Of a DNA stretch of 64,000 nucleotides, positions 48,901-59,700 are shown in pieces. The position numbers and the translations under genes are program-made. Each line of letters begins with the position of its first letter. The first letter of the stretch is position 1. The notes under the pieces are model-generated. The model searched no databases. It worked only from the letters and a program-made list of their open reading frames with translations, and was not told where the DNA came from. This stretch comes from Cyanophora paradoxa CCMP329 (Eukaryota > Plantae > Glaucophyta): contig QPMI01000039.1 in the NCBI GenBank assembly GCA_004431415.1, positions 1 to 64,000 on the forward strand, given 5' to 3'.

Positions 48901-51900
48901 TCGTCCCCCGATACAATGCAATACAGTTTCACTCGACATGCGCGCGGGCTGCATCAGCATTTGCTCTTGAGCGCAGCCACGGCACGTTTAGATGACTGTG
49001 AGCGCATGCGGCTCAATAGACGGATTGGCGGACGCTTCCCACTACAGAAAGAGTGGTGCGCCAGGTCCGTAAGCAAGAAAGGCGCAGTGGCGGGTGGAAA
49101 GGCATGAACCATGCGGTTAGTATTGCTAAGCTCTGCCGCATAGGCGCTTCCCACTACAAGAGAGTGGAGGCCGTACGCGCAAGCCGAGGCAAACGATGGC
49201 GTGCTTGTCCAGGGGTTCGGGCAAGAGCGCAGCGTTCGTCCCCAGGCATACGAGCTAAAAAGTCGAAGCCCAACGCAGCAGCCCCATGCGCTGGGCGGGA
49301 TGCGCTAAGCAGTTGGCTAGGCCCAGAGGCGCCCCAAGCAGAGAGGGACAGGCCCGTACGGCACCGTAGGGCGGCGGCAAGCGGGTGCCATTACGTACAC
49401 AGCAGGCGCAGAGCCAGCGTAAGACAGAGAGAACAAGAGAACAAGGACGTCGACAGACAGCAAGCGAGCGCCGCGCAGGGCAAGCGAGGGCCCAGGGCTA
49501 AAATAAGCGGGCCAGTTGGCAACAACGTGGCACCAGGAATAGCAGGCTACAAAGGGTACAAGGCAAGGCAAGCTGCCGGCTTAGAGCCGACGACCAGGGC
49601 TAGCTGGGAGTCGGAAAGTGGGCGGCACAAGAGCAAGGCGGAGCAGGGGGGAGTGGAGGGAGCGGGGCGGGGCGGGGCGGACCTGGTGGTCGAGCTGGGC
49701 GATCATGATCCCGCAGAGCACGACGAGGAGCAGCAGCAGCACGACACAGGCCTGAGCCAGGCGGGTCGCGATCGGCGGGTCAGATGCGTTCGTTCGACGT
49801 GTTGCGTTAACGTTGCGGAATTGGTAGAGGGCGCGGGCCGGGCGGGCGGGCGGGCCGGGCGGGCGCCAGCGGACCGCGACGATGGCCCGGCGGAGGTCAC
49901 GGACGGCGCGCGTGCCGCCGAGCGCCGCGCTCACGAGGAGCTCCGATACGGGGTTTCCGGAGCCGCCGCCGCCCTCGGAGCCGCGCCTGTTCCCGTGGCG
50001 CTCCCGCTTGGGCTTCGAGAGCCGCGACGAGCGCGACGCGGTCTGCCGCGGGGGCGGAAACGGGTCAGGAAGGGGCCGGGAGGGGAGGGGAGAGGCGCGG
50101 AATTTCGAGTATAGTGCCATGGCCAGGCCCCAACCTCTGGCCATGGGGGCCGGATAGGAGGCGCGGTCACTCTCAAGTTTCAGGGTTCGATAAATCGTAT
50201 GGGGAAAGGCGCGGAAATGCGCGGGGGCGGGCACCTCGGAGGGGTCCTCCACTTCGACCGTCCCGCCGGCGAGGGAGCCGCCGTACGCGCTCGCCAGGTT
50301 CGCCTCCAGCTGCGACCGAACAATGCAAATTGGTGGGCTTCCTCTTATAGCTGGACCGTTTCATGATGAGGGCGGGGGCGGACCGCGGCGCTCTCCTCGA
50401 GCTCGTCTGCGCGGGCGAAGGACTCGTTCGCCTCCCGCTCCTCGTTAGACACCAGCAGGAAGTACGCTGCTCAGGGGGCGTCAAATGCAAGCTCGAGAGG
50501 GCTTTGAGTGTGGTCAAAATAATGAAGCTTCGAAGAGATTCTATCTTAGATGTCAGCTATGCGGCGGTACACGTGATGCGTCGAATTCGAAGAGACTTCA
50601 TCTTTCTCTTTGGGGCGGCGATGCGAGGGCAGTGCGCGGTTGCGGACCGTAGGCCCGCCAGAGGGCCGGGGAGCGGGTGAAGCGGGAGAGGAGGCGCCGG
50701 TAGGCCTGCTCCGCGGCCCGCTTGGCGCGGTGGATGGAGGCGACCTTCGTCTCCAGGCTCGTGGCGTGCAGCGCGCGCCCCCCGGGCAGCAGCGGGGCCA
50801 CGCGGCGGCGCGAGCCGTGGGCGCCGGCGCCGGCGCCGGCGGGAGGCGGGGCGAGCAGGGAGAGGCGGCGGGTGGAGCGGCTGTCCGCGACGGCCGCGGG
50901 CGGCAGCGCCGCGGGGCGGCCCTCCTGCTCTCGTTTCGCGAGCGATTTCAGGACGGTCTTCCACAGGGCGCGGATCTCCCGAAGCGCCGCGTTCTGGTGC
51001 TGCGCGCACAGACGCCCCGCCCCGCCCCGCGTCAACGAAAGCGTGTCGGCAAGCTAGCGCGAGTCGAACCCGCGTCGCCTCGTCCATCAGCATCTGGAAC
51101 TGCGCGCGCGTGCGGAATTCGTTCCTTAGCCGTCCGCGCGCTTCGTTTTAGCGTTGAGCTTCCAAATTAAATTAAAGGGGCGCACCTCGAGGACGGCGAC
51201 GGCGCTGATGCCGGCCGCCTCGCCCAGCGACGCCGAGTACTGCGCCCCGCGAGGGCGGCCCGTCAGACGCGACAATGATCATATGCATTGTAGTTAAGCC
51301 GAAGGCGATCGAACATTCGACAGCGATCGACTCTTCGACGGCGCTGATATATCGATGCTACGGCTTCGCTGAGATCGAATCTCGAGCTCGGGATCGCACC
51401 TCGCGCTGGGTCCACTCGCGGCGCTTGGCGGCGAGGAAGAAGGCCATGTCGAGGGCGCGCCGCGGGCTCCGCTCCGCCAGCCGCAGCCGCACCTGGCACG
51501 GCACGGCGTGGCGTGGCGTGGCACGGCTCAGCAAAGCTCAGCAGATGGAACGGGTTCGGCCCCGCCGGCTACGCCGGCGCCGGCTGCGGCAGGTGCACCA
51601 TTGCGCTCGACGGGTTCTTCTTGAAGCCGTGCAGGAAGATCGCTGCGGGCGGACGGGGGCGCGCCCAGATCAGAACCCACGCGGTGGCATCGAATTCAAT
51701 GATCGATTCCGCGCACCGTAGTTGAGGGCTGCGTACGCGTGTTCGGGCGGACGAGCGAGCGCTCAGAGCTCGAAGCTCGAAGGGGGCCTCGAGCTCGAAG
51801 CCGATCGCATCAAACGGGGGCACGCGCCGCGCCGCGCACCGACGTACTGGCTGGCCTTGTGCCGGTTCATGCCCTCCTCGTAGATCGCCTCCGCCGCCGC

Positions 51901-54900
51901 CAGCGCGTCCGGCATCGCGCCCGAGGCTGCCCGCCCGCCCCGTGAGCCGATTCCCGAAATTTCCGATTTCGGGGCGGGGCGGGGGCGGGGCGCCTGGGAC
52001 GGCGGCGAGATAGCCTAAGGTGGCTTAGGTGTGGCGGTGGAGTTTCAGATCGGGGCGGGGCAGGGCGGGGCGGGGCGTGGCGGGGCGGGAGGAGCGGGGC
52101 GGGGCGGGGCGGGGCGGCGGCGGGGCGGGGCTTAGGTGTGGCGGTAGAGTTTAGACTCTGCCCTGTTGGGCGGCGGCGGGGCGGGGCGGGGCGGGGCGGG
52201 GCGGCGTGCCTGCGACGGCGGCGCGGGCCTCGAGCTCGACCTGCGCGGCGACGAGGAAGCCCCGCGACCGCGAGAGGAGCCTGCGCCCGCGCGCCGGAGG
52301 CGTTAACGTTGGAGTGCTTCGGAGATTAGAAATAAATGAGCTGCCAAGGGAGCGAGCCCAAGCCACGGCAAGTTTGCCCCCCACGGCCAGGCCACGCCAG
52401 GCCCAGGCCAGCTGGCGGAGCGCACCCGAATCCGAAGCCGAGGCCGGCGGCCCCGCGGCGGCGCCGGGGGGCGGGAAAGCCCCCCGCGAAGTCGGCCCCC
52501 TCCTCCCCCCTCTCCGTCTCCTGCGCGCCCGCCCGCCCGCCGCTTGAGCGCGAGGCCCGCCCAGCCGAGTACATACACTAAAACGCGGCGCAGCTGCAAC
52601 GCATGCGCACCGGGCTCGCCTCGAAGTCGCCGAAGGAGCCGGTGCGGGCCTGTCGAACGAACGGTGTCGGGATCGAACGGCGTCGGGATCGAACGAACGG
52701 CGTCGGGATCGACGGGCCTTGTGGAGGACGCGGCGGAGGACGCCCCTGTGCCGCAGCCGCACCGCGAAGGCCCCCAGCAGCGCCACCGGGATCTGCGCAC
52801 GCGCCGGCGCCGCCGTCGGATCGATCGAACGAGCGGCTCGGGATCGAACAGGAAATTTTTAAACCGACGCCGGCGTCGGGATCGAACGGCTCGGGATCGA
52901 ACGATCGGAAAAGCGATGGAAACGACGCGAGGCTCTAGATCTAATCTCATGGGATCGCGTGAGGAAATTAACTTGATCATAATAAGGCCGCACAATACGC
53001 CGGCGTCGGGATCGAACGAGCGGCTCGGGATCGACGAATTCGAACGGAAATGCGATGGAAATTGAGGGCGCACGATGAGGAAAATGAAGGCGAGGGAGAC
53101 GGGGAGGGCGCTCTCGGGCCCCGAGTAGGCGAGCACGATGGAGCCCAGGGCGAAGACCGCCGCCGAGAGGAAGCAGCCGGCCCTGGATCGGACGAACAAG
53201 GAGGAGGGGGTTAGGCGGGAGGACGTCTAACTTGTCGAACTAAAAGGTAGAACGGAGCGAGCGAGCGAGCGGGAGCGGGGCGGATCCGGACCGGAGCATG
53301 TTCATGAAGTTGGAGTAGTGGGGGAGCAGGAGGACGACGAGGCACGCGAGGAGCAGGCAGCCGCCGAGGAGGAACGAGGCGAAGGCGACGGGGTGCCGGC
53401 CCCCCAGCGCCCGGCTCAGGAACACCAGCGCCGACTGGAAGAGGACGTACAGGAGCTGGGACCGGGGCCGGGGCGGCGCGTCAGCCGCGCCTGGATCTAT
53501 AGCTAATTTTGGAGCGGTCGGGATCTATTTTTAGAGCGCACCTGGACGCGTCCGTGCGCTCGGGCGCCGACGTCGCTGCGACGGAAAAGAAATAAGAAAA
53601 GAACCGGACGGCATCGTTAGCGTTAACCATAACTAGCTCCCATCCAACGAGGAGAAGAGAGAAGTCTGAATTTTGTGTGTAGGGCGAGGTTGTCTCACAA
53701 TATGCGTCTCATGATCACAACATACTATGATAGCTTAAGCTTTAAGCCTCGGTTTAAGCGTACACGTACACGGAGAGGGGGTCGTTGTCGTGGAAGACGG
53801 CGGCGACGAGGGCGGCAAAGGGCACGTGCAGCGCCAGCAGCACCGCCGAGACGCCCAGCGTCAGCCACCTGCCGCCGCGGGCCGGGGGCGTGAGCGAGGC
53901 CCAGGCCTAGGAGAGCGGGGGGAGAGGCCTAGGTGGGGGACGGAGGCGGGGGTGGGGGGCGGGGGCGTGAGGCCTAGGCCCAGGGGGGCGGGGTATGGGG
54001 CTTCGGTGGGGGGACGAAGAACGAAGGCTTCACGTTGGGGTGGGGCGGGGGGGGAAAGGAGGGGGGGGGGGGGGAGGCGGGGGGGCGCACCGCATCCAGG
54101 GCGTGGAGTCGCAGAAGTCGGCCATCCACGCGTCCGGGTCGTCAGGGCCCCGCCCGGCCCCACCCGCCACCGAGCAGAAGAACGGCGCCGCCAGGAGCTG
54201 CAGAGAGGGAGGGGGGGTTGGGGCGGAAACAAGGGAGGGAGGGAGGGAGGGGGGATGATACCTTTAGGGACGGAATATAGAACGCCGATACCTGGGGACC
54301 CAGCTCAGTGTAAGGAAACCAAGGTAAGGGTACGGGTCACACCAGGAGGGGGTCACACCAGGGGGGGGGGGGGGGGGCAAACTCAGCGGCCGAGGGGGTA
54401 CGGGCGTCGCCGGGGCGCCGCGCACCAGAGGACGCGGATGGGGAGCACGCGGAAGCGGTGCTCCTTGAACATGAGGCTCGCGTAGATCTGCGGGAAGGGG
54501 GTTGGGGGTACGGTTTGAGTTCGAATCCGCCGGGGCCCCGGAAGGGAGGGGGTACGGGCGGACGACGAGGGCGAAGGTGGCGGCGAGGAGGGCGGCGAGT
54601 CCCCAGTACAGGCCGAGGGCGGCCACGGAGACCGACTCGAAGTGGGCCGCCAGGCTCAGGCCCGAGGTCAGCCTGCCCGGGGGGCCGTGGCCTGTCAGGC
54701 GGGCGTAGGGGGGTCGTAGGGGGGCCCGGAGGCGCAGGTTCCTTAAGCCGTATGCAAAAGGACGAAAAGGGCGTGCTCTAAGGGGTCTTGGGGCCGAAAA
54801 AGAGAGGGTAAGGGACCCAAGGGGAGGTACAAGTCGAGACGAGGATCCGGGCCCCGGTGGCGCATGCGCACGCGGGGGCGGGGGCGGGCGCGCGGGCGGG

Positions 54901-55354
54901 AGGGGCCGCACCACTTGACGGAGGGGGCGTGCCAGGAGCTGGAGAGGGCGAGCGAGAGCAGCTGGAGGGCGTCCGCGATCACCAGCGAGACCTGCCGGGG
55001 CGGGGCGGGGCGGGGCGGCGGGAGGGGTTGGAGGGGGCCGTGGTCGGTGGGGGGCGCGGGTGGGTGGGGCGCGGGGCGGCAGGCTTTGAGGGCGCCCCAG
55101 GCCCATAGCTATAGGCTCGAAACGGCGCGCGCGGACCGGGATGATGAGGCCGCGGACGACGTCCGGGTCGCGCCCCCTTCGAATTCGCACCCACGTCAGC
55201 AAGCGCATACGCACATCGAAGCGAAGACGCTTGACGCGCGTCCGGCTCACCCGCGGTCCGTCATGAAGAAGAGCGCTCCAAAGAGAAACGACTCTGCGTC
55301 CAGTCGAGTCGGCGTCAGAACCCGGCGCGCGGGGGATGCGCGCGAAGAATCCAT
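36945..55354 (-). CDS. TmcB/TmcC (tiny macrocyst protein)-like multi-pass membrane protein with TPR-like region; many short exons
   Basis: Exon peptides fall in family-typical order: MDSS...ESFLFGALFFM (ATG 55354); ADALQLLSLAL; DVGARAHGRVQ; LLLPHYSNFMNMLRSG; QVELEAR; AEAIYEEGMNRHKASQY; LDMAFFLAAKRR; EQAYRRLLSRFTRSPALWRAYG; YFLLVSNEEREANESFARADELEE; TM exons; LRPLVDRVV...LSEVILRIP; C-terminal FFLVLYLFVFK|PMLGRLVGETSRAFQ|LVAMLP. The family call is from recalled motifs, and the 3' end is uncertain (~36850-37020). Confidence 0.72.
42841..42918. repeat. Intronic 10-bp minisatellite (GGGTCGGAATC-like)
   Basis: About 7 imperfect copies between the exons at ~42.8 and ~43.0 kb. Confidence 0.8.
43490..43832 (-). 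repeat. LTR copy 1 (343 bp, 3' LTR)
   Basis: TGCGCTGAGC...GGGCGGCACA. Preceded on the plus strand by AGAG (43486-43489); PPT-like tract at 43833-43846. Confidence 0.88.
45594..45964 (-). repeat. LTR copy 2 (371 bp, variant ~28 bp longer internally)
   Basis: Same termini as copy 1, with a duplicated CAGCGTAAGACAG segment around 45722-45760. PBS-like sequence at 45581-45593. Confidence 0.85.
46332..46674 (-). repeat. LTR copy 3 (343 bp)
   Basis: Appears identical to copy 1. Abuts truncated internal sequence with no PBS. Confidence 0.88.
49287..49629 (-). repeat. LTR copy 4 (343 bp, 5' LTR)
   Basis: One visible substitution versus copy 1 (CTGGGCGG vs CTGAGCGG). PBS-like sequence at 49275-49286; followed by AGAG (49630-49633). 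Confidence 0.88.
52655..53045. repeat. Intronic dispersed/tandem motif (C)GTCGGGATCGAACG
   Basis: About 8-9 copies of CGGGATCGA(A)CG in the introns flanking TM exons. Confidence 0.75.
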
Positions 55355-56057
55355 GCGAGCTAGCTATAGCGTTCGAGCGGGCGCGGCGCGGGCGGGCGAG
55401 CGCGCGCGCGCGCACGGGCTGCCTCGATCTTGGCGCGGAGCTGTCCCAGAAGCGATGCGGAGCGAAGGGCCGAAGGCATCTCCAGAAGGGCGCCCGCGCC
55501 GCCGCCGGCCGCGGCCGCGGCCCGCGGGGCCGCGCGCTCGCGACCCCGGCCCGCGTCCATGATCATGGACCAGCTGCCGCCGAAGACGCTCTTAAACGAG
55601 ACGGGGCTCTGCGACCGCGGGCGCTCTGATCATGATCATATGCATGAGGTCCAATTGCAAGCTCAAGCTCAAGGCCGGCTATGGCCATGGCCTCGCGTGC
55701 GCCGGCGTGTGCAGCGGTTGGACATATGCATGGCCTTGGATCACGATCATCGGATCATCGGGGAGAGCTGGCTGCTGCTTTCCCAAGTTCCACGCGTGCG
55801 CTGCCCTAGATCTAGCAATAGCAGGCTACGCTTATGTGTTGAAACTCGTATACGGCCGCGGGACGGGCCCTGCGCTGAGGCTGCGCGCGCGCGCGGGCTG
55901 GCGTCCCGCCCTTCGGCGCGCGTGCCACTGCTGTTGGGCGATTCGCCGGTACCCCACGCGATCGCGAGCTTACCAAGGCGAAAGCAATTTGCAAGCTTCG
56001 AATTCGAAGTTCCGCGATCGCGAAGCATTCAGTTTTTGGAAGTGCCGGCGGTGACGT

Positions 56058-56170
56058 CGTTACGCCAACTTCGCCAAGTCGCCGGCGGCGGCCCAGCGGC
56101 GGGCCGGGAGCTCCGCCAAGTTACGCCAACTTCGCCAAGTCGCCGGCGGCGGCCCAGCGGCGGGCCGGGA
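56058..56170. repeat. Direct tandem duplication, ~61-bp period
   Basis: GTTACGCCAACTTCGCCAAGTCGCCGGCGGCGGCCCAGCGGCGGGCCGGGA occurs twice. Confidence 0.85.
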
Positions 56171-57362
56171 CCCGGGGGCCCGGGAGCCGGGGCCCGGGGA
56201 GGCCCTCGCCTACTAGTAGCTTTTGAAGCCCTTCTCAGGTCTTTCAGGTTTGTTATATTTCGCGATTGTGCCCCTCAATCGTAGCTACGTATGCAGCATG
56301 CGCAGGCTCGTATGCGTCGTGATCTTACTTGTTTAATGCTTCATTATAATGTGCTCGCCTTTCCGAAGTGCGGCGTGCGATCGCGACACGCGCGGCGCCG
56401 GGATATCGATGAGGCGGAAACAACTCGCGGCAGAGGTCGAGCGGGTTGACGCCGCGGGCCGTCCACTCGCCAGCGGGGCCGGGAGATGCCCTTTAACCCT
56501 TCGCCCTCGCCCTCTTATATTATATATCTTACTAAGTTATAACTATTCGAGCTTGAGCTTAGCTTGAAGGTTCTTCTCCTTAAGCCTAGGCCGCTCCGTA
56601 TCCTTCCGCTTGTCCTCAATTAACCTTTCTATCTATCTATCGATATCTATCTATCTATCTATCTATCCTTTTCCCCCGTCTCGCGCCTCCTCCTCCTCCA
56701 TGGCTGCTTCGCCCGGGATTTTCGATCTAGATCTGAATCCCTATATTATATGTCGGCGCGCGCGGCGCGCGCGCAGGCTTCTTCTTCTTCGCAGGCTTCG
56801 TCTTAACGGAGCACGACGGGCGGGGCGATGAGCGTACCCCCCTACATGCTTTCCTCTTCTGCGCATGCCCCCCTCGGAGGCCCGCGCCGCCCTTCTCCTG
56901 ACGGGCGCTGTGCAGCTCACTGGCGGGGCACCCATCATGCTCGATGGCGGCTCCATCGTGATGTCGGGCTAGAGCCACGGATCAGATCTACAATTGACGT
57001 CCGGCGGTCATGCTATGGTCGTTTACAGGCCGCATATTACTGTCGGACCCCTCGGATTAGCTTACATAATTAGCCTTTTCTCAAGCTCGGCTTAGCCTTC
57101 AATTTGATTTCCTCTGCGCATGCATTCCCATACCATCGATCCCCCCACACAGCGGTATTGTGTGGAACGCGTACGGTATATATCGAGTCCTCCGAAGGCA
57201 TTCGCAGATCCGATCATATGCATGACCGGACGCATCCGATGATCGATCGCGATGTCATATTTCTCTCTCAATTAATGAGACATCGATGCAGACAAGCCTT
57301 TTAAGCTAGCGCTAGCGCTCTCGCACGGCTAATCATAACGAGAAGCCGTCGGGTTCATAAGA

Positions 57363-57980
57363 TCAAGCAGAGACGTCGACGTCGGCCCCCTCAAGCATCT
57401 GTGCAGCGCGTGCAGATCTAGATTTAGCTGGTGCACGCACGCATGCATTTTCAGGCATAGGGGACACAGATCTAGAGCGCGTGCACGTGCGCACCGTGGC
57501 CGCGGCCTCCATCTCCGCCTCCATCTCGGCAACGTCCATTTCCGCTTCGAATTCGGCCTCCAGGTCATCGGCGCCCACAAGCTGCATGCATTTGCAAAGC
57601 GCCAGTCAGTAACCCGTGCGTCGAGACTATCATGGCTAGCGCTATATATATAGCTAATGATACGCGCGCGTGCATGCATACAAATTATGCATGCGCACCT
57701 GAGCATCGGCGTCAAGGAGCAGATTGGAGCACGATGTGTTGCCCCCGTCATAGAAGGCATAGGACTTGCAACCGGACGTGTTCTGGCAGACATTCCTGGC
57801 CCCCGAGCCAATAACGCCAGTATCGAAGCTCAGTTGGGAGCCCGTGCAGTTCGTCCCAGCATAGGTGGTGACATCTGGTCGGATATCCGGATGATGGGCA
57901 GGCATGCGCGCCGGGGCGTGTGAGTGATGACGACATGTATAAGGGAGGCATACGCGAATTCGAATGGTCGCACTGCCCAT
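57363..57980 (-). CDS. Small spliced protein: Cys/Gly-rich N-terminal core plus acidic C-terminal tail, function unknown
   Basis: ATG 57980 to exon end 57699 (...DVTTYAGTNCTGSQLSF...CQNTSGCKSYAFYDGGNTSCSNLLLDADAQ|GTGCGC). Exon 57581-57495 (LVGADDLEAEFEAEMDVAEMEAEMEAAAT|GTGCGC). Exon 57398-57363 (MLEGADVDVSA*). Both junctions are phase 0 with CAG acceptors. A further intron near 57955-57875 is possible. Confidence 0.6.
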
Positions 57981-58180
57981 GATGATCGATGTTGGTTCGG
58001 CGATCGACGACGACGGATGTCTGAGGAAAGCGTTGATTGCTTCAAGGCTTGCACTTGCAAATTGCGATCGGTGTGCGCGCGCTCTCCGACGACGTTGATC
58101 GCGATCGGCAAATACGAACCTGATCGAAGGCAGCAGCCGGCACCTGGCAGTTGTGATGTTCGCCGGCCTTCTTTCCTTCC

Positions 58181-58187
58181 TTTTATA
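58181..58187 (-). promoter_or_regulatory. TATA box (TATAAAA) for the 57363-57980 gene
   Basis: CTATAAAAGG on the minus strand ~40 bp upstream of a CAG|GTGCCG donor (58143) that pairs with a TTCCTCAG acceptor (58021), implying a 5'-UTR intron. Confidence 0.5.
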
Positions 58188-58748
58188 GGTTGACAACTTG
58201 ACACTTGCAAATTGAAAGAGGGGCTACTAGGAGCAAAAAAAATTAATAAGCAGCTGATCATGAAGTCCGACGTCGACGGTCCGATGATTCTGAATCTACC
58301 GTCATGTCCGATCATGAGCTCGAGCCTAGTACTACTACCGGTACAGTACGGTAGGGCGGCCCGCGGGCGCAGCGCTTAGCCTAGTAGGAGGGTCTCCGAC
58401 GTCGACTCTCCGCCGACTCGCATCCGATGATCATATGCATTCTGATTCATACACTGTGACATGAATCAGTGATGAGTCACTGATGACTTCTGATGATACC
58501 TCGTACGCGTACTTAACGGTACCGACCGTTCCATCGGTACGTTCCAGCCGGCGCCCGGCGGTGCCGGCTGGTACCGGTATCAATCATGAATATTAATGAT
58601 GCATATGCGTTTTTCAGACTCACGACTCGCGAGTCACGAGTGACGAGTCTCAGACTCAAGAGTTTTTGTATACTAGCTAAAGACTATAGTACTACTGGTA
58701 GGAGTACTGGTACACCGTATACGTATACGTACCGCTGCCGCGCGCGTA

Positions 58749-59700
58749 TACCGTAAAACAGAATATTAAGGTCTGCACTTTATTATTGCAAGGGGGGAAG
58801 GGGGGCTTAGGGGGCCCCCTTGCTTCCCGTTCCCTCGCTTCAGCCAAAATTTTTCTACAAGCGAGTCCCTGCGGAGCAGGAGTGGCCTTGGGTCTTGGGG
58901 CTTCAAGGCGTGAGGGTGGCAGCTCTTTGTTTTTACACGGGAACCGGCGCCCGCAACCGCGCGCGGTTACGGGGGAGGGGGGGGGAGAAACAGGGGGTCC
59001 ACTAGGCAAGGGTACACACTCAAGTGAGAGGGTACAGAATTGAGCCGCAAGGGTACAGATATCGATGCGGGGCCCAATCGGCCGCAATTGTACCGAGTAC
59101 AGGCCCCGAGGGGCCCATTGGTCGTCTCAGCTGAATGAAAACGACTTTCGGCGCTTTTTGCCAAATTGGAGGTGGTTAATAATTATCTATGAATCATTTG
59201 AATGCAATTCGCAGTAATAAGGCTCTGTCTAAATTGTTTATTTTGATAATTTTTCAACTAACGCATCAAATACTTTTAAATCCCACATCGTGGCACACTG
59301 CGACCCTGTCTCATACAAATTTGCTGGCCGGCAACGTGGCTCTCCGTTAATTCGGAAACTATTTCCTAGCGAATGGGGTGCGGTCTCTTGAAATTAATAA
59401 TTTTTAAATTTCGACTTGGAAGGCCAATGTGATTTGCGCTTTCTATTTTTTTACGGGAAAATGCTTTTCTGTGCTTTTCGACGTGCTGTTACTGCCCATT
59501 AGAGGCCTCTCATAGGAAAACGGGCCGCACCAACGTGCTCCCCAGGGTCAAAAATGGGGTAGTAGTGCTAGGGATCTAGGAGCGCATTCTGGTCCAAAAT
59601 TAATACAGCAATTGGGTTGGGAATTATGTGTTGTGTGATGGCGCAGCGAGGGGGGCAGCGGGCTAGGCGACAGATAGCAGTAATGGAGGTTGCATGCTAC
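58749..59700. mobile_element. Probable DNA-transposon remnant(s)
   Basis: TA-CCGTAAAACAGAATATTAAGGTCTGC terminus-like sequence, nested inverted repeats at 58788-58972, three AGGGTACA repeats (59010-59060) and an AT-rich stretch at 59130-59530. No partner TIR and no transposase found. Confidence 0.35.

Larger units (their letters stand above)
43490..49629 (-). mobile_element. Non-autonomous LTR retroelement array (4 LTRs) inside an intron of the TmcB-like gene
   Basis: Near-identical TG...CA-bounded repeats at 43490-43832, 45594-45964, 46332-46674 and 49287-49629. PBS-like TGGGG(G)CTGCTGC lies next to two of them and purine-rich TGTAGCGGGAAGCG next to three (minus strand). AGAG flanks both outer ends. 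No recognisable gag/pol ORF. Confidence 0.85.

Noticed and set aside
43842-49154. Short ORFs inside the LTR element as gag/pol
   Set aside because: No recognisable protease, RT (YxDD), RNase H or integrase motifs. A CxxC-like stretch near 48.87 kb (minus) is followed by stops and is not convincing.
56400-57000. Possible small gene fragments (e.g. SVKTKPAKKKKPA, MEEEEAR on the minus strand)
   Set aside because: No consistent spliced model or recognisable domain could be built.
58843-58852. Sm-site-like AATTTTGG (minus strand) suggesting an snRNA or SL RNA
   Set aside because: Sits in the loop of a hairpin, and no U1/U2/U4/U5 signature is nearby.
58999-59060. CACTA-type transposon terminus (CACTAGGC plus AGGGTACA repeats)
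   Set aside because: No matching reverse TIR in the window; a 5-bp match alone is insufficient.
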